From an uncultured virus (IMG/VR IMGVR_UViG_2517287023_000001) (lineage: Duplodnaviria; Heunggongvirae; Uroviricota; Caudoviricetes): a DNA stretch of 64,000 bases. This document shows, one piece after another, positions 1 to 10,163 of this stretch (its first letter is position 1; the number at the start of each line of letters is the position of its first letter). The notes under the pieces were generated by a model. It was not told where the DNA came from, ran no database searches, and saw nothing but the letters and a program-made list of their open reading frames with translations. A program made the translations under genes and the position numbers. Where the stretch lies: the IMG/VR virus record IMGVR_UViG_2517287023_000001; one strand, written 5' to 3'.

Positions 1-128
1 CTCCTTGGGGTCATCAGGAACACGCACGGGGGCCGCTTGGCCCCTTTTTGCGTGACAGGGAAGATGCCCGCGCGTGCCTTGAACGTGCGGGCGACCTGCC
101 GCCCGGACTGGACGGCGGGAGTGTCAGT

Positions 129-1352
129 TCACCTCGCGGTACCGATGCGCTCGCGGTGCCGTTGGCGAAGCAGGCCGGTGGCCGTGATGTGGGCGCGTAC
201 CGCGGCATGGGCGCGGCGAACTTTCGCGTCGGCGGCGGCGCGCGCACCAGGGTCGATAACGGCCGCCGCTTGCCGCTTGGCCCGACGGACCGCGCGTTCC
301 AGCTCTCGGAGCCGCACCCGGTCGGCGTAGCCCTGCGGGTTCGCCACCTGCTGGGGGGCCCGGTCGGGGGTCACACCAGGCAAGTACGCCGCCAAGCTGT
401 GCGTGCAGTTCGGGTGGAACAGGCCGGCGGCGATGGCCTGAGGCAGCGTCCCGGCGACGTGCACCCGCACGCGTTCGCCGTCACGGGTCGCGTGTTCGGC
501 CTCGATCCATCCCGTGCCCGCCCCGGCGATGCGCAGCACGGCGTGTTCCCAGGGAAGGCACCGGTGGCACTCCTGCGGGGAATCGCTGATGCGGATCAGC
601 TCGTAGCCGTGGGCGAGGAGCTGATCGAGACGGCCGGATCGTAGCGCCTGATGCACGACGGTGCGGGTGGCCATCTCGACGTAGGAGGCCAGTTCCCAGC
701 GCCGGCCGCGCCGGTCCACGAATCCAGTCACCCCGCTGGCGAGGAGCTGTTCCCACGCGATCTGCGCGGCGCGGCGTCGGCTCGACAGGCCCAACACGGG
801 CATGACCGAGGCGCGGGTAACCACTGTGCGGTAGCTGTCCAGCGCCCATCTCAGCAGGGGCATATGCGTGCCTGACAGGGTCGATTCCAGGGACCACATC
901 ATCGCGAGGAGGCCGTGTACCCCGGGCAGGGCGTCTTTGACCTGCTGTAACTCGGCGTCGATCGCGGTTTTCACCGCCCGTGTGGGCGGTCCGTGCGCCG
1001 CGCGGCGTAGCCGGGCCAGCAGGGTGCGGTGCCGGTTCAGGTCGGCGCGTTGCTCGGGGGGCAGTTGCAGTCTGGCGATGGCGTCCAGTGACTCGGTGGA
1101 GCCCCGCACGAACGCCAGCACGAGCGTCTGCGCGGCCATGCCGGAGGAGTCGGTCTCAAGCTGGCTGATGAGGTTCTGCGTCCACGCCCGCAGGGTGTGC
1201 AGGGCCTGCAATTTCTCGTCGGCCCATGCGGGGGAGTCTTCACCGGCGGCGACCCGGCGGGCGATGTCGGCGGCGAGGCGGGTCGACGCGTCGGCGTACA
1301 GGGTGGTCAGTGACCGGGCGAGGTCGGCGGCGACGTCGCGGTCGGAGGCCAC
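129..1352 (-). CDS. Phage minor capsid / head morphogenesis protein (Phage_min_cap2-like)
   Basis: GFVDRRGRRWELASYVEMATRT, C-x-x-C-x-PW and GLFHPNCTH motifs; directly downstream of portal. Confidence 0.85.
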   Translation of the reverse strand: MASDRDVAADLARSLTTLYADASTRLAADIARRVAAGEDSPAWADEKLQALHTLRAWTQNLISQLETDSSGMAAQTLVLAFVRGSTESLDAIARLQLPPEQRADLNRHRTLLARLRRAAHGPPTRAVKTAIDAELQQVKDALPGVHGLLAMMWSLESTLSGTHMPLLRWALDSYRTVVTRASVMPVLGLSSRRRAAQIAWEQLLASGVTGFVDRRGRRWELASYVEMATRTVVHQALRSGRLDQLLAHGYELIRISDSPQECHRCLPWEHAVLRIAGAGTGWIEAEHATRDGERVRVHVAGTLPQAIAAGLFHPNCTHSLAAYLPGVTPDRAPQQVANPQGYADRVRLRELERAVRRAKRQAAAVIDPGARAAADAKVRRAHAAVRAHITATGLLRQRHRERIGTAR

Positions 1353-1355
1353 CGG

Positions 1356-3113
1356 CTACCTCCGCCCGCGTCGGCCCCTGGAGGCGCTGCCCACGGGCCT
1401 ACGGGCCCTGTCCGGCGGCGGGGGCGTGTCGGGCTGTCGGGCGCTGTCAGCCCCGGCACCCTCCGCGTCAGCCCCGGCGTCGGATGGGGGGCCGGTGACA
1501 GAGCCGTCCGCGCCGGCACCGGTCACCTGGTCCGGGTTGGCCAGTGGCTGCATCGCGGCCATCTTGCCCGACTCCATCAGGATTCGCCGCGCCTCGCCGT
1601 GGACCCGCCGTTCATCCCAGTCCGGGTTGCGTAGACGTACCTTTTCCTCCGTGGAGATCGCCGAAGCGGCCTCCAACAGGCTCAACGTGCGGGCCAGGGC
1701 CTCCGGGGTCTCCGCCACCCCATCACCGAAGGTGATCTTCGGTCGTGCCGGTGTGATCCCATCCGCCGGGAACTTCGCCACCCACAGCATGAGCAGCGTC
1801 TCGGCCAGGGTCGCCAGCTCCGCCCGCCAGTAGCGCACCTTCTTCTTCCGGGTGATGAACGAGCGCCGTTCGCGGGCCTCGACCTCCGTGGCCGTGGTCG
1901 CCACCTCACCCTGCTCACCGATGGACTGCGCGCTGTAGCCGCACCGTCCGACGATTTGGTTGACCAGGGCGTCGGCCGTGGCCTGATGCTCGCTGGCCCG
2001 GATTCCGAACGTGGTGGCCGACAGCTCCAACCCGCCGTCGGATTTCGGCATCGAGTCCACGGCCTCGAAGATCTCCCGTTCGGCGTCGAACCGCGCCCCG
2101 CCCCCCGGGCCCTGCTGCTGCATGTATGCCCGGGGCACGACGAGGCGGGGCTTGGCCAGGCGTAGGTCACGCATCCACGATGAGTAGGTCTCGTCCAGGG
2201 CGTCCATAAGGGTCAGGACTCCGGGGGAGAGATCAGAGCGACCGAGCGGGGAGTTGCGGTCGAGGCGGTTGGGGCGCATGTTCGGCACGTAGCCGGCTGT
2301 CAGCCGGCCGGTGATGGTGTCCACGGTGGGCGTGAAGCGAGCTGTGGCCGGGTGCTGGTCCAGCGGGATCGCGGGCCCGAGCACGTCGGAGGCACCGAGG
2401 TACAGGCCGTGCAGGACCCGGCCCCGTTCGTGGCGCTCGAGGTGGCGGTAGATCTGGCCGTGTCGGTCCTCCACCACACGCCAGAACGTCACCGCGGAGA
2501 GTCTGCCCCACTCCCATTCAGGCACGGCGCAGTCAGGGTGCACGATCCGGAAGAACGGATGCGGGTACAGGTTTTCGTCCCACGAGACGACCACGAACAC
2601 CCCGCCGAGGGGTGACTGCACCTCCGCGCCTTCCAGCAGCGTCGCGTCGAGCATCGTGGCCTCGGCCATCTCGTCCCATGCCTGCTGCGTCGTGTCGTCG
2701 GTGAACTCGATCGCGGGTGGTTCAGCGAACAGCAGGTCCGATGACAGGGTGGCGATGTCCCCGGCGATCGGCACGTGCAGCTTGGCGCGTTTCTCCCCGG
2801 CCGGGGTGGGCTGGCCCCAGAACCAGCGTGCGACGGAGCCGACGACGCCTCCTCGGTACTGGCTGGGCCGGTCGGTGGGGCCGTTGCGGAAGAACGGGTG
2901 ATCGGAGCCGTAGAGGCCGCCGTGAATCATGGCGAGGTCTTCGGGGTCACCGCCGTACCAGGCCGACAGGACCCGCATGTGCTCGAAGGTCTGTTGCATG
3001 GCTCGTGGGGGCCATGTGGCCTTCGGGTCGGTGGGCAGGCCCTGGGTGGTGGGGGTGGCGGTCGGTTCGGCTTTCGAGGCTCCGCCCGTGCGGTGGACCG
3101 AGCGGGCGGGCAT
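1356..3113 (-). CDS. Phage portal protein (SPP1/A118-like)
   Basis: ~585 aa; LHVPIAGDIA..SSDLLFAEPP, YVPN, LGRSD, LDETYSSWMRD, TATEV motifs; start codon uncertain. Confidence 0.85.
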   Translation of the reverse strand: MPARSVHRTGGASKAEPTATPTTQGLPTDPKATWPPRAMQQTFEHMRVLSAWYGGDPEDLAMIHGGLYGSDHPFFRNGPTDRPSQYRGGVVGSVARWFWGQPTPAGEKRAKLHVPIAGDIATLSSDLLFAEPPAIEFTDDTTQQAWDEMAEATMLDATLLEGAEVQSPLGGVFVVVSWDENLYPHPFFRIVHPDCAVPEWEWGRLSAVTFWRVVEDRHGQIYRHLERHERGRVLHGLYLGASDVLGPAIPLDQHPATARFTPTVDTITGRLTAGYVPNMRPNRLDRNSPLGRSDLSPGVLTLMDALDETYSSWMRDLRLAKPRLVVPRAYMQQQGPGGGARFDAEREIFEAVDSMPKSDGGLELSATTFGIRASEHQATADALVNQIVGRCGYSAQSIGEQGEVATTATEVEARERRSFITRKKKVRYWRAELATLAETLLMLWVAKFPADGITPARPKITFGDGVAETPEALARTLSLLEAASAISTEEKVRLRNPDWDERRVHGEARRILMESGKMAAMQPLANPDQVTGAGADGSVTGPPSDAGADAEGAGADSARQPDTPPPPDRARRPVGSASRGRRGRR

Positions 3114-3140
3114 GTAGCCGGCCACGACACCACCTCCCAA

Positions 3141-3189
3141 TAGAATCTATGAAAGAATGCTTGTGAACTTCTAAATGGCTTGCTAATGT
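3141..3189 (+). promoter_or_regulatory. Operator/promoter cassette (TAGAATCTATGAA-N7-TTGTGAACTTCTA; -35 TTGTGA, -10 TAATGT)
   Basis: Member of the recurrent 33-bp inverted repeat overlapping -35; 17-bp spacer. Confidence 0.7.
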
Positions 3190-3250
3190 TCGGTGCGGAC
3201 ACAGGGCCGGTCACTCACCGGCCGAACCACACGAAGGGGAGTAAACGACC

Positions 3251-3634
3251 ATGAGCGCCGACTTTGAGTTCGACTACGACAAGGCAGACGACAACGGAAT
3301 CTCGGTAGCCCATATAGGGTCGGCGGCCCTGATCGTCGGCACCTGGGGACCCGACGCGGTCGCCGGGACCGTCCGCGACCTGGCGACCCGCATGTCAGAC
3401 CTGGTGGCCTGCGGCAACGACGATTGGCGGCCGCTCAAGGTCTACGTCCAGTACGAGGCCGGCACGCTCAAGCAGGCCGACCTCATCGTGTACCGCGACG
3501 ACGACTGGCTCATCGTCGTCGTGTACGACGCCGAGAGTTCCCGCCACGTCGCGAGCGCACGATTCATCCCGCACCGCCGCCCCCTGGTGACCGTGAAGAA
3601 GTACTTCGTCATGGCGCACATGCGTCGGGACTGA
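3251..3634 (+). CDS. Hypothetical protein
   Basis: 127-aa ORF, RBS AAGGGGAG, own promoter. Confidence 0.7.
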   Translation: MSADFEFDYDKADDNGISVAHIGSAALIVGTWGPDAVAGTVRDLATRMSDLVACGNDDWRPLKVYVQYEAGTLKQADLIVYRDDDWLIVVVYDAESSRHVASARFIPHRRPLVTVKKYFVMAHMRRD

Positions 3635-3654
3635 ACCCAAGCAACAGCGACACC

Positions 3655-3752
3655 AAGAAGTCAACAAATAATGCTTGACCACTTCTATGTGTCTCTGTAG
3701 TGTGAGGTGAGCACGGGGAGCTGGAACCCCACGCACCGGATTCCCAGAGAGG
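3655..3752 (+). promoter_or_regulatory. Operator + promoter (TTGACC-17-TAGTGT) + AGCTGGAA leader hairpin + RBS
   Basis: GGGG-AGCTGGAA-CCCC at 3715-3730, then CAGAGAGGA. Confidence 0.8.
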
Positions 3753-3762
3753 ACGACAGTCG

Positions 3763-4008
3763 ATGGGCTGGACTTGCCCCAACCCCCTCCCGCCGTGGCA
3801 CACCCACGGCAACGGCGACCCCGACGAACCATGCGAGTGCCCCCGAGAGCCATGCGGGGCGGTAGACGCCCGCAACGTGCTCCCCAGTTGCGCAATCCAC
3901 CTGGACTCGATAAACGGCAACAACGTCCAGTGGGGGCAGTCCCACTGGGCAGGGTCCCCGGCCTGCACCAAGTGGCAGGCCCGTCTGACCGCCCGCGACG
4001 GAGCCTGA
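3763..4008 (+). CDS. Small Cys/His-rich hypothetical protein
   Basis: 81 aa directly after the cassette RBS. Confidence 0.6.
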   Translation: MGWTCPNPLPPWHTHGNGDPDEPCECPREPCGAVDARNVLPSCAIHLDSINGNNVQWGQSHWAGSPACTKWQARLTARDGA

Positions 4009-4077
4009 CACCTCCGGCCCCCGCCCCCTTCCCGGGCGGCCCGAACCCATCGGCCACCCGCCAAGCGAGAGGACACC

Positions 4078-4335
4078 ATGAGGCCCTCCCCGTACACCCA
4101 CGACGAAATTTGCGACCACGTCCTTGAGGCGTTGATACGTCACCGGGCCGAACAGCAAGCCACGCTCACCGCCCTTGAGAAGGACATAAGGCAGCTCGAC
4201 AACATGATCGACCGGACTCAAGCGTGGTTAACAGGGGACTGCCCGCTGTGCGGACAGAACCTAGCGGGGTGGGACTACCCGGCCCATCACGACGACGACG
4301 GCGTCGAGTGCGATTTCCGGTGGCTGGCACGCTGA
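4078..4335 (+). CDS. Hypothetical CPLC zinc-finger-like protein, paralog 1
   Basis: RBS GAGAGGA; near-identical ends to 4454-4819. Confidence 0.7.
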   Translation: MRPSPYTHDEICDHVLEALIRHRAEQQATLTALEKDIRQLDNMIDRTQAWLTGDCPLCGQNLAGWDYPAHHDDDGVECDFRWLAR

Positions 4336-4453
4336 CCCCGGCCGCCGGCCGGGCCACCCGGGACCCCGCTTCCCGTGTGGCCCGGCCGGCTCCTCCCCAA
4401 CATCCCCGGCCCCCGCCCCATTCCCGGGCGGGGGCCCCAACCGAGAGGACACC

Positions 4454-4819
4454 ATGACCGAGCCCCCCTACCCGTACACGCACGACGAAATTTCCGACCA
4501 CGTCCTGGAGGCGTTGATACGTCACCGCGCCGCCGTGGACCTTGCCCTGCATCAACAGGGAGCAACGCTCGCCGCCCTCGAAGCCGGCAAGACGGTAGAG
4601 GGATGGCCACGAGGCCAGCACGGCATCACAGTCCTACGGCAAACAGTCACGGCTTCCAGGCGCCGATCCGACCTACTCGACAACATGATCAACCGGACTA
4701 GGGCGTGGCTGACAGGATGCTGTCCGCTCTGCGACCAAGACCTAGCGCGGCTGGGCTACCCGCCCGATCACCAGGACCACACCGGCGTCGAGTGCGATTT
4801 CCGATGGCTGGCACGCTGA
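4454..4819 (+). CDS. Hypothetical CPLC zinc-finger-like protein, paralog 2
   Basis: YTHDEI..HVLEALIRHRA and GVECDFRWLAR shared with paralog 1. Confidence 0.7.
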   Translation: MTEPPYPYTHDEISDHVLEALIRHRAAVDLALHQQGATLAALEAGKTVEGWPRGQHGITVLRQTVTASRRRSDLLDNMINRTRAWLTGCCPLCDQDLARLGYPPDHQDHTGVECDFRWLAR

Positions 4820-4916
4820 CGCCCCGGCCGCCGGCCGGGCCACCCGGGACCCCGCTTCCCGTGTGGCCCGGCCGGCTCCGGTCGGCCCCTTCCCCCCCAA
4901 CCCGAAAGAAGGAACC

Positions 4917-5180
4917 GTGAATAAAGCCAATGACTGGAACCGTCCGTACTGGCAGGCGCTCGATGTCGACCTGCGTGCGGCGGCGGGCCGGATCGCCGCG
5001 TTTGACATCACGGCCGCTGAAGTGAAGGACGGGCCATCCTGGGCTCGCCGGGCGTGCGGCCGGGTAGGCGAGCTGCGCGTCACCGTCTCGACTCGAATCA
5101 CCGCGCCGGAGAATGCAGAGCTGGTTGCGCTGCGTGCCCGGGCCGAACTGGAGGCCGAGCGCACCGGGGGCACCCGATGA
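4917..5180 (+). CDS. Hypothetical protein
   Basis: GTG start after AGAAGGA RBS. Confidence 0.55.
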   Translation: MNKANDWNRPYWQALDVDLRAAAGRIAAFDITAAEVKDGPSWARRACGRVGELRVTVSTRITAPENAELVALRARAELEAERTGGTR

Positions 5181-5404
5181 GCATTCCAGACCCGTCAAAC
5201 GCCGGCACTGGCGCGGAATTGGTGTTTGCGTTGAGCCGCATCCAAAAGATCGCACTGCGCAAGCACCACGACGAGGACGTCGCCGACGGCATCTGCAGGT
5301 GGTGTGCCCCTGTTGCAGAAGACGGAACTACTTCCGGGCAGGGGTAGCCCTACGCAGCCCGCGTGTGAACACCGTACCGCACGCGAGCCCGAGGCCGCGC
5401 GTCG

Positions 5405-5755
5405 TTGCTATTCCGGGTCAACCGCGATCTTTTTCGAGTGATGGGGCACGGGGCCCGTCTCGGGACCCAGGCCCAGGAGAGGCAGGTCGACGTCGCAGAG
5501 GAGGCGGCGGTAGCCGGTCTGCTCGCGTCCGGCGTCAGCGTCATCGTGGACGACACGAACCTGCCACCGGAGACGCTGGACACGTGGCGGCAGATCGCCG
5601 ATGCGGCCGATGCACCCCTGGAGGTCGTTGACCTGCGCGACGTGGACGTGGAGGTGTGCATCGCGCGGGATGCCGACCGCCGTGCCAAGGGTGAGCCCGA
5701 TGTGGGTGCTGAGGTGATACGTGCCATGCACCAGTCACAGCGGCGCGTCCTGTGA
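5405..5755 (+). pseudogene. Truncated polynucleotide-kinase/AAA_33-like kinase domain
   Basis: RVNRD, VIVDDTNL, CIARDA.R and VI..M motifs of phage Pnk kinase domains; no upstream in-frame P-loop. Confidence 0.6.
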
Positions 5756-6469
5756 TCACCTCGGAGTCGATGGCGCGTGCGGTCAGTGAAGGCGCTGGTG
5801 TCCAACGCCGTTGCCGCCGGGATGAAGGAGACGGCGCACACACGCACGGGGGATGGGCCCTTGACATCACCCGGTCATGTGCTGCAAGGTTAGGCGTCTC
5901 CACGAGACGGCACGAGGAGCGCCACCGGCGCCCGAAGTGCTAGCTCATCACCCCTATCAGGGATCGAAACACTCGCGGAGACAGAGGCACGAAAACGCGT
6001 TCGCCGAGCTTGGTCTCAGCGGACGCGTTTTTGCTGTTCGGCGTGCGGCTTCGGGTGCCACAGGATGGTAAAATTTCGCTCGCCGCCTACTCTCCGGTGC
6101 TGCCGCCGTGGCATGGCACCGGCTCCATTGCGGCGATGCGGGTCGTGCGACCTGTGCCGATTTCGGATGTTCCTTCCCTGGCCCTTTTGGGCCAGGGCTC
6201 CGAACTTTGCCCCTTGTGACCATGATGCATGGGGCCTGCCGGTGCGTGGGGCTCCCATCTCGAACCGAGCGGATGGGCCACCCGCTACGGGTGGGCCCCT
6301 CTCGCGCTGTCTCTTTTGTTTGCCTGTGGTGTGTGGCGCGGCCCGGGTGACCTCGACTGGGTAGTCGACCCCGCAGAGCGCGAGCCGGATGACGACTGGA
6401 CCCCTTGAGTGACAGCCAGCGACAGCAGAAACCAGTCAAGCGTGACCGTGGAGCCGGAGGGAGGACACC

Positions 6470-6859
6470 ATGCCGCGCAGTACGTTGGACGCCGTGAACG
6501 CCACCTGGGTTAGCCGACTCGTCGGGGAGTTGAAGGGCTCCGTGCCCGGAATGGTGCTGCTGGCACTAAACCAGGCTGATGATGGCGCGCTGGCAATCGG
6601 GGTCTTACGTATCCCGGTCGACTCGCGCGCTGGCTGGCACGGACCCCGGATGCTGCTGTCCATCCTGGCTGCGGCAGATGCCCGGGGCCTGGACGTGGTG
6701 TGCACGCCGACGGGCTCGTACGGCTCGGACAGGCAGGCTCTGGTCCGCGCGCTGGGCCGGGTCGGATTCGTCTCTGTGCCTGAAGATCCGTCCGGCCACA
6801 CCATGCGGCGCCCCTCACCGGCCCCCACGGTCTTTGATCAGCGCCGGGACACCGCATGA
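6470..6859 (+). CDS. Hypothetical protein (possible GNAT-like fold)
   Basis: RBS GGAGGA; 129 aa; overlaps next gene. Confidence 0.5.
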   Translation: MPRSTLDAVNATWVSRLVGELKGSVPGMVLLALNQADDGALAIGVLRIPVDSRAGWHGPRMLLSILAAADARGLDVVCTPTGSYGSDRQALVRALGRVGFVSVPEDPSGHTMRRPSPAPTVFDQRRDTA

Positions 6860-7695
6860 GCGTAGAGGCGTGGTCGTTGGTCGGCGGTATGGCCGGCGCG
6901 GTAACAGGGGTCGTGGCGCTGGCCGTCAGCGTCTACTTCACGCGACGGGCCACGCGGGCGGCCGAGTCCGCGGCGGCGTCGGCCCAGCGGACCAGCCACA
7001 TCGAGGTCCAGCGGCGGCACGCCGAACTCACGCCACAGATCGCGCTGTCGGCAACGGCTGACGTGCACGGGCGGGTTTCCCTCACGCTCACGCTCGAGGG
7101 ACCGCCCGGCGTGCATCTGGATGAGGTCGCCGTCAGCATCAGTGATGATCAGCCAGAACCGCCACGCACGGGACACCACGCCGACAACACGGTTTGGGGG
7201 CCCTACCGGTTCGTCCCCGGTGCCAACCAGCGCCTTGGGGCGAGCGCCGAGGCGTTCGCGCTGCGTCGAGGCGAGCAGCGCACCCTCGAACTGGAACCGA
7301 GCGTGCCCCCCGCGTGGATCGACCCCAGCGCGTGGGCGGACCGGTATGGCGATACCCCGATCCGGCTCGACATCCGGTGCACACGCGATGACCACGAGCC
7401 GTGGGTCACCCTCATGCAGGTGGATCAGCCGCAGGCGGTATTCGACGTGGCCGGACGGCGGACACCACACGGGACGTTGCTGCTGACGCTCACCAACCGG
7501 GGTAACGCCCCGGCCCGTGACATCACCATCGAGGATGAGCAAGGCGGCGAACCGCCGCTTGACGGCGACATGCCTGAGGTCATCCAACCAGGAGACGTCC
7601 TGCCGCAAGTCGCGATCATGAGCGGCTATCAGTGGGTGAAGTTGACCTGGACCGACCCGCGCAGCAGCCGTCAGTCCCTGACCGTGCGCGGTTGA
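6856..7695 (+). CDS. Membrane-anchored hypothetical protein
   Basis: N-terminal TM helix; ATGA coupling. Confidence 0.7.
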   Translation: MSVEAWSLVGGMAGAVTGVVALAVSVYFTRRATRAAESAAASAQRTSHIEVQRRHAELTPQIALSATADVHGRVSLTLTLEGPPGVHLDEVAVSISDDQPEPPRTGHHADNTVWGPYRFVPGANQRLGASAEAFALRRGEQRTLELEPSVPPAWIDPSAWADRYGDTPIRLDIRCTRDDHEPWVTLMQVDQPQAVFDVAGRRTPHGTLLLTLTNRGNAPARDITIEDEQGGEPPLDGDMPEVIQPGDVLPQVAIMSGYQWVKLTWTDPRSSRQSLTVRG

Positions 7696-7937
7696 TTCCG
7701 CCCTGCTACTTGCCCGTTCCGGGGTGTCTGCGTCTCCCACCGGCGGCCGTGGTTCGCGCGCCACGCCTGGGCGGGGGTGAGCCAACCGACGCGGCCGGGT
7801 TGGGGGTAAGCGAGGGTGGGTTGAGTCATCCATGCCGGCGGGTTCGCCGGCGGCGGCGGCACCGGGCCCGGCACGGCCGGCGTCGGCGGGCCGGGGTCGA
7901 TCTTCCGGCGGAGCCTGAACCAGGGAATACGACGCAC
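7671..7937 (-). CDS. Small Pro-rich hypothetical protein
   Basis: GTG after GAGGAGG RBS. Confidence 0.5.
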   Translation of the reverse strand: MRRIPWFRLRRKIDPGPPTPAVPGPVPPPPANPPAWMTQPTLAYPQPGRVGWLTPAQAWRANHGRRWETQTPRNGQVAGRNQPRTVRD

Positions 7938-7989
7938 CGTGAACCTCCTCTAAACGGCCGGGGCGGCGCTGGCACGCGCCCCGGCCGTG

Positions 7990-8184
7990 CTATCGCCTCA
8001 GGCCGCCGATCACCACGGCGCCAACAACAATCACGAACACGAGGGCTGCTACCAGCTTCTGCTTAGTCGTCAGCTCGGCGGGAGGCCGCGGTACCACGGG
8101 GAACCCCTCGCCATCTGGCAAAGGAGGCGTGCCATGCGGGTCACGGTTGCGGTGCATACGGGGCCTGTTGTCGTCGGCCATCAC
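7990..8184 (-). CDS. Small membrane protein
   Basis: C-terminal TM segment; AAGGAGG RBS. Confidence 0.55.
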   Translation of the reverse strand: MMADDNRPRMHRNRDPHGTPPLPDGEGFPVVPRPPAELTTKQKLVAALVFVIVVGAVVIGGLRR

Positions 8185-8415
8185 AGCCTCCTTCAGTCCG
8201 TCTAGCCCAGCCTCAAGCCAGTGGGCCTTGCGGGGGCCAAGTAAACCGCCTCAGGCGGTGTGAGGAACCGGTGCCGATGGTGCCGATGGTGCAGCACGTC
8301 GAGAGACGTTCCGCCGGGGGTAGGCAAGCAAAAGGGGCCGATGCTGTCGGCGAATTCGGGAGTGCTTCGCGTTGGGCCGAGGTTCGTCACCGGGGGGGCC
8401 GGGACATGCGCGATG

Positions 8416-9795
8416 TCACGTCGCGGAATTCTGCCCATGGAGGAATTCGCGGGCGTCGGCGCAGAACCGCGCCACGTTGGCGTAGGCGCGGTGCGGGTAC
8501 AGCGCTTCGGCGAGGGTTCGCACGTGTTTGACGCAGCGCGCGGACGCCACCTGGTCAGACAGGGTGACCACGGCCTGGTCCCCCAAGGCGACGGCCTTGT
8601 CGAGGTCTGGCACCTCTTGGAGGGCGTAGGTCTGGCCGAGCAGCGCGTTGCGTAGCGCGCCCTCCCTGGTGTAGTCGCCGCCTTGCAGGCGTCGCGCCAT
8701 CCGCAGATGAGTGCGGGCGCCGGCCCAGTGCGACAGCTTGAGGTGGCTGTAGCCGGCCATAGCGTGCGCCTGGGCCTCGTCTACCCAGTAGGTCCAGTCC
8801 GGGTCGCCGTGGTCGGGGGCCGCGTTGTCGAGGGTGTCGAACGCCGCGTCGATCGCGCGGCGGGTGTCGGTGACGGACTCGGCGTTGGCGTGGGCCTCGG
8901 CCGCGCGCAGGTGCAGGATGGCCGTGACTTTGGGGCTAGCGGCGGGGTAGCCGGCGCGGGCGGTTTCGGCGAGCGTGACGGCCTGGCGTGTCTGGCCGAG
9001 GTCCTTGGCCTGGCAGGACATGCACCCCAGAATGATTGCGCCGAGGGCGCGGTCACCGGCGGCGTGTGCCGCGTGCATAGCCGCGGTCCAGTAGCGCTGC
9101 GCGTTCGGGTGGTGGCCCGAATCGAAGGCCAGCCATCCGGCTAGCCGCAGGATCTCTGCGGCGCTGGAGTGCAGCCGCCGGCCGACAGTATCGGTGTAGC
9201 TGCGCTGCGTCATCAAGTTGGTGACGGTGCTCAAGTGTTGGCGGACGAGTCCGAGGGTTTGCCCGCCCCCGAGGTGGTCGTCCATGCGGCGGAGGTCTGC
9301 GGTGATCGCGTCGATATGGTCCACCACGTCGGTGGTGAGCTGGTAACCGCGCGTGGCTATCGGTGAGCCGGCGGGGCCTGCGATCAGCCACTCGTGCCCG
9401 GAGGCGGTCATGGCAGAGCCCAGGAGCGTCACGAACGTCCGCCGTCGCATGATCCCACCCTCGTTGACGGTCTGGACCGCGTGCAATGCCCCGGCCACGG
9501 TCCAGGGCAGGACGAGTCCCGTGGAGGCCGGAACCGCCTCACCGCTGTCGTCAGGCCAGCCCAGGTCAGACGGGGTGATCGTGCGGCCCAGCAGATCTGA
9601 CAGCAGGTGCGCAGCCAGGGCCGACCAGGGACGGCCGGGCACCTGGCCACAACGCCACTTGTAGGGCGTTTTGAGGTGCAGCCGTTTGTGGAAGCCGTGA
9701 TGTTCGGCGGAATCGTTGAGGCGGCGGGCATACGCCTCGGGCGTTAGCCCGGCCTCGGTCAGCAGCCGGTCAAACTCCGCGCCGTTGCCACTCAT
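8416..9795 (-). CDS. NsdA-like transcriptional regulator (N-terminal HTH, helical/TPR-like C-terminus)
   Basis: MRRRTFV, LRRMDDHLGGG and LAGWLAFDSG..AQRYW..A motifs typical of this actinomycete family. Confidence 0.8.
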   Translation of the reverse strand: MSGNGAEFDRLLTEAGLTPEAYARRLNDSAEHHGFHKRLHLKTPYKWRCGQVPGRPWSALAAHLLSDLLGRTITPSDLGWPDDSGEAVPASTGLVLPWTVAGALHAVQTVNEGGIMRRRTFVTLLGSAMTASGHEWLIAGPAGSPIATRGYQLTTDVVDHIDAITADLRRMDDHLGGGQTLGLVRQHLSTVTNLMTQRSYTDTVGRRLHSSAAEILRLAGWLAFDSGHHPNAQRYWTAAMHAAHAAGDRALGAIILGCMSCQAKDLGQTRQAVTLAETARAGYPAASPKVTAILHLRAAEAHANAESVTDTRRAIDAAFDTLDNAAPDHGDPDWTYWVDEAQAHAMAGYSHLKLSHWAGARTHLRMARRLQGGDYTREGALRNALLGQTYALQEVPDLDKAVALGDQAVVTLSDQVASARCVKHVRTLAEALYPHRAYANVARFCADAREFLHGQNSAT

Positions 9796-9881
9796 CGCGA
9801 CCCCTCCGAGGTGTCCTGAGTGGCACAGTAGCGGTGACAGGTAACTCCGTCACTACGCCCTACCGCAGATCGAGTGTGGCG

Positions 9882-10163
9882 CTACTCCGGTGGACCTTGA
9901 AGGTACGCGCGTAGCGCACGGCGGGTCAGTTCACTGGGAGAGATGCCGGCGTCGCTGGCCGCCGTCACAAGCGCCTCTTGGAAGTCGGGGTCGAGCCAGA
10001 CATAGAAGACATCCGCTGGCACCGACCCGACCGCGGGGCGACCCCGCCGACGAGGCCGCAACTGTGTCGTGTCGTACCCCTGCTCGGCCTCCGACGCAAG
10101 GCGTTCGATGAGCTCATCGGTGAGTTCATCGCCACCGGAGGTGCCCCTGCATGACTTGCTCAT
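9882..10163 (-). CDS. CopG/ribbon-helix-helix protein (orphan antitoxin-like)
   Basis: EAEQGYD..RRGRP..V.LDP....AL...A...G.S.SELTRRALRAYL. Confidence 0.75.
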   Translation of the reverse strand: MSKSCRGTSGGDELTDELIERLASEAEQGYDTTQLRPRRRGRPAVGSVPADVFYVWLDPDFQEALVTAASDAGISPSELTRRALRAYLQGPPE

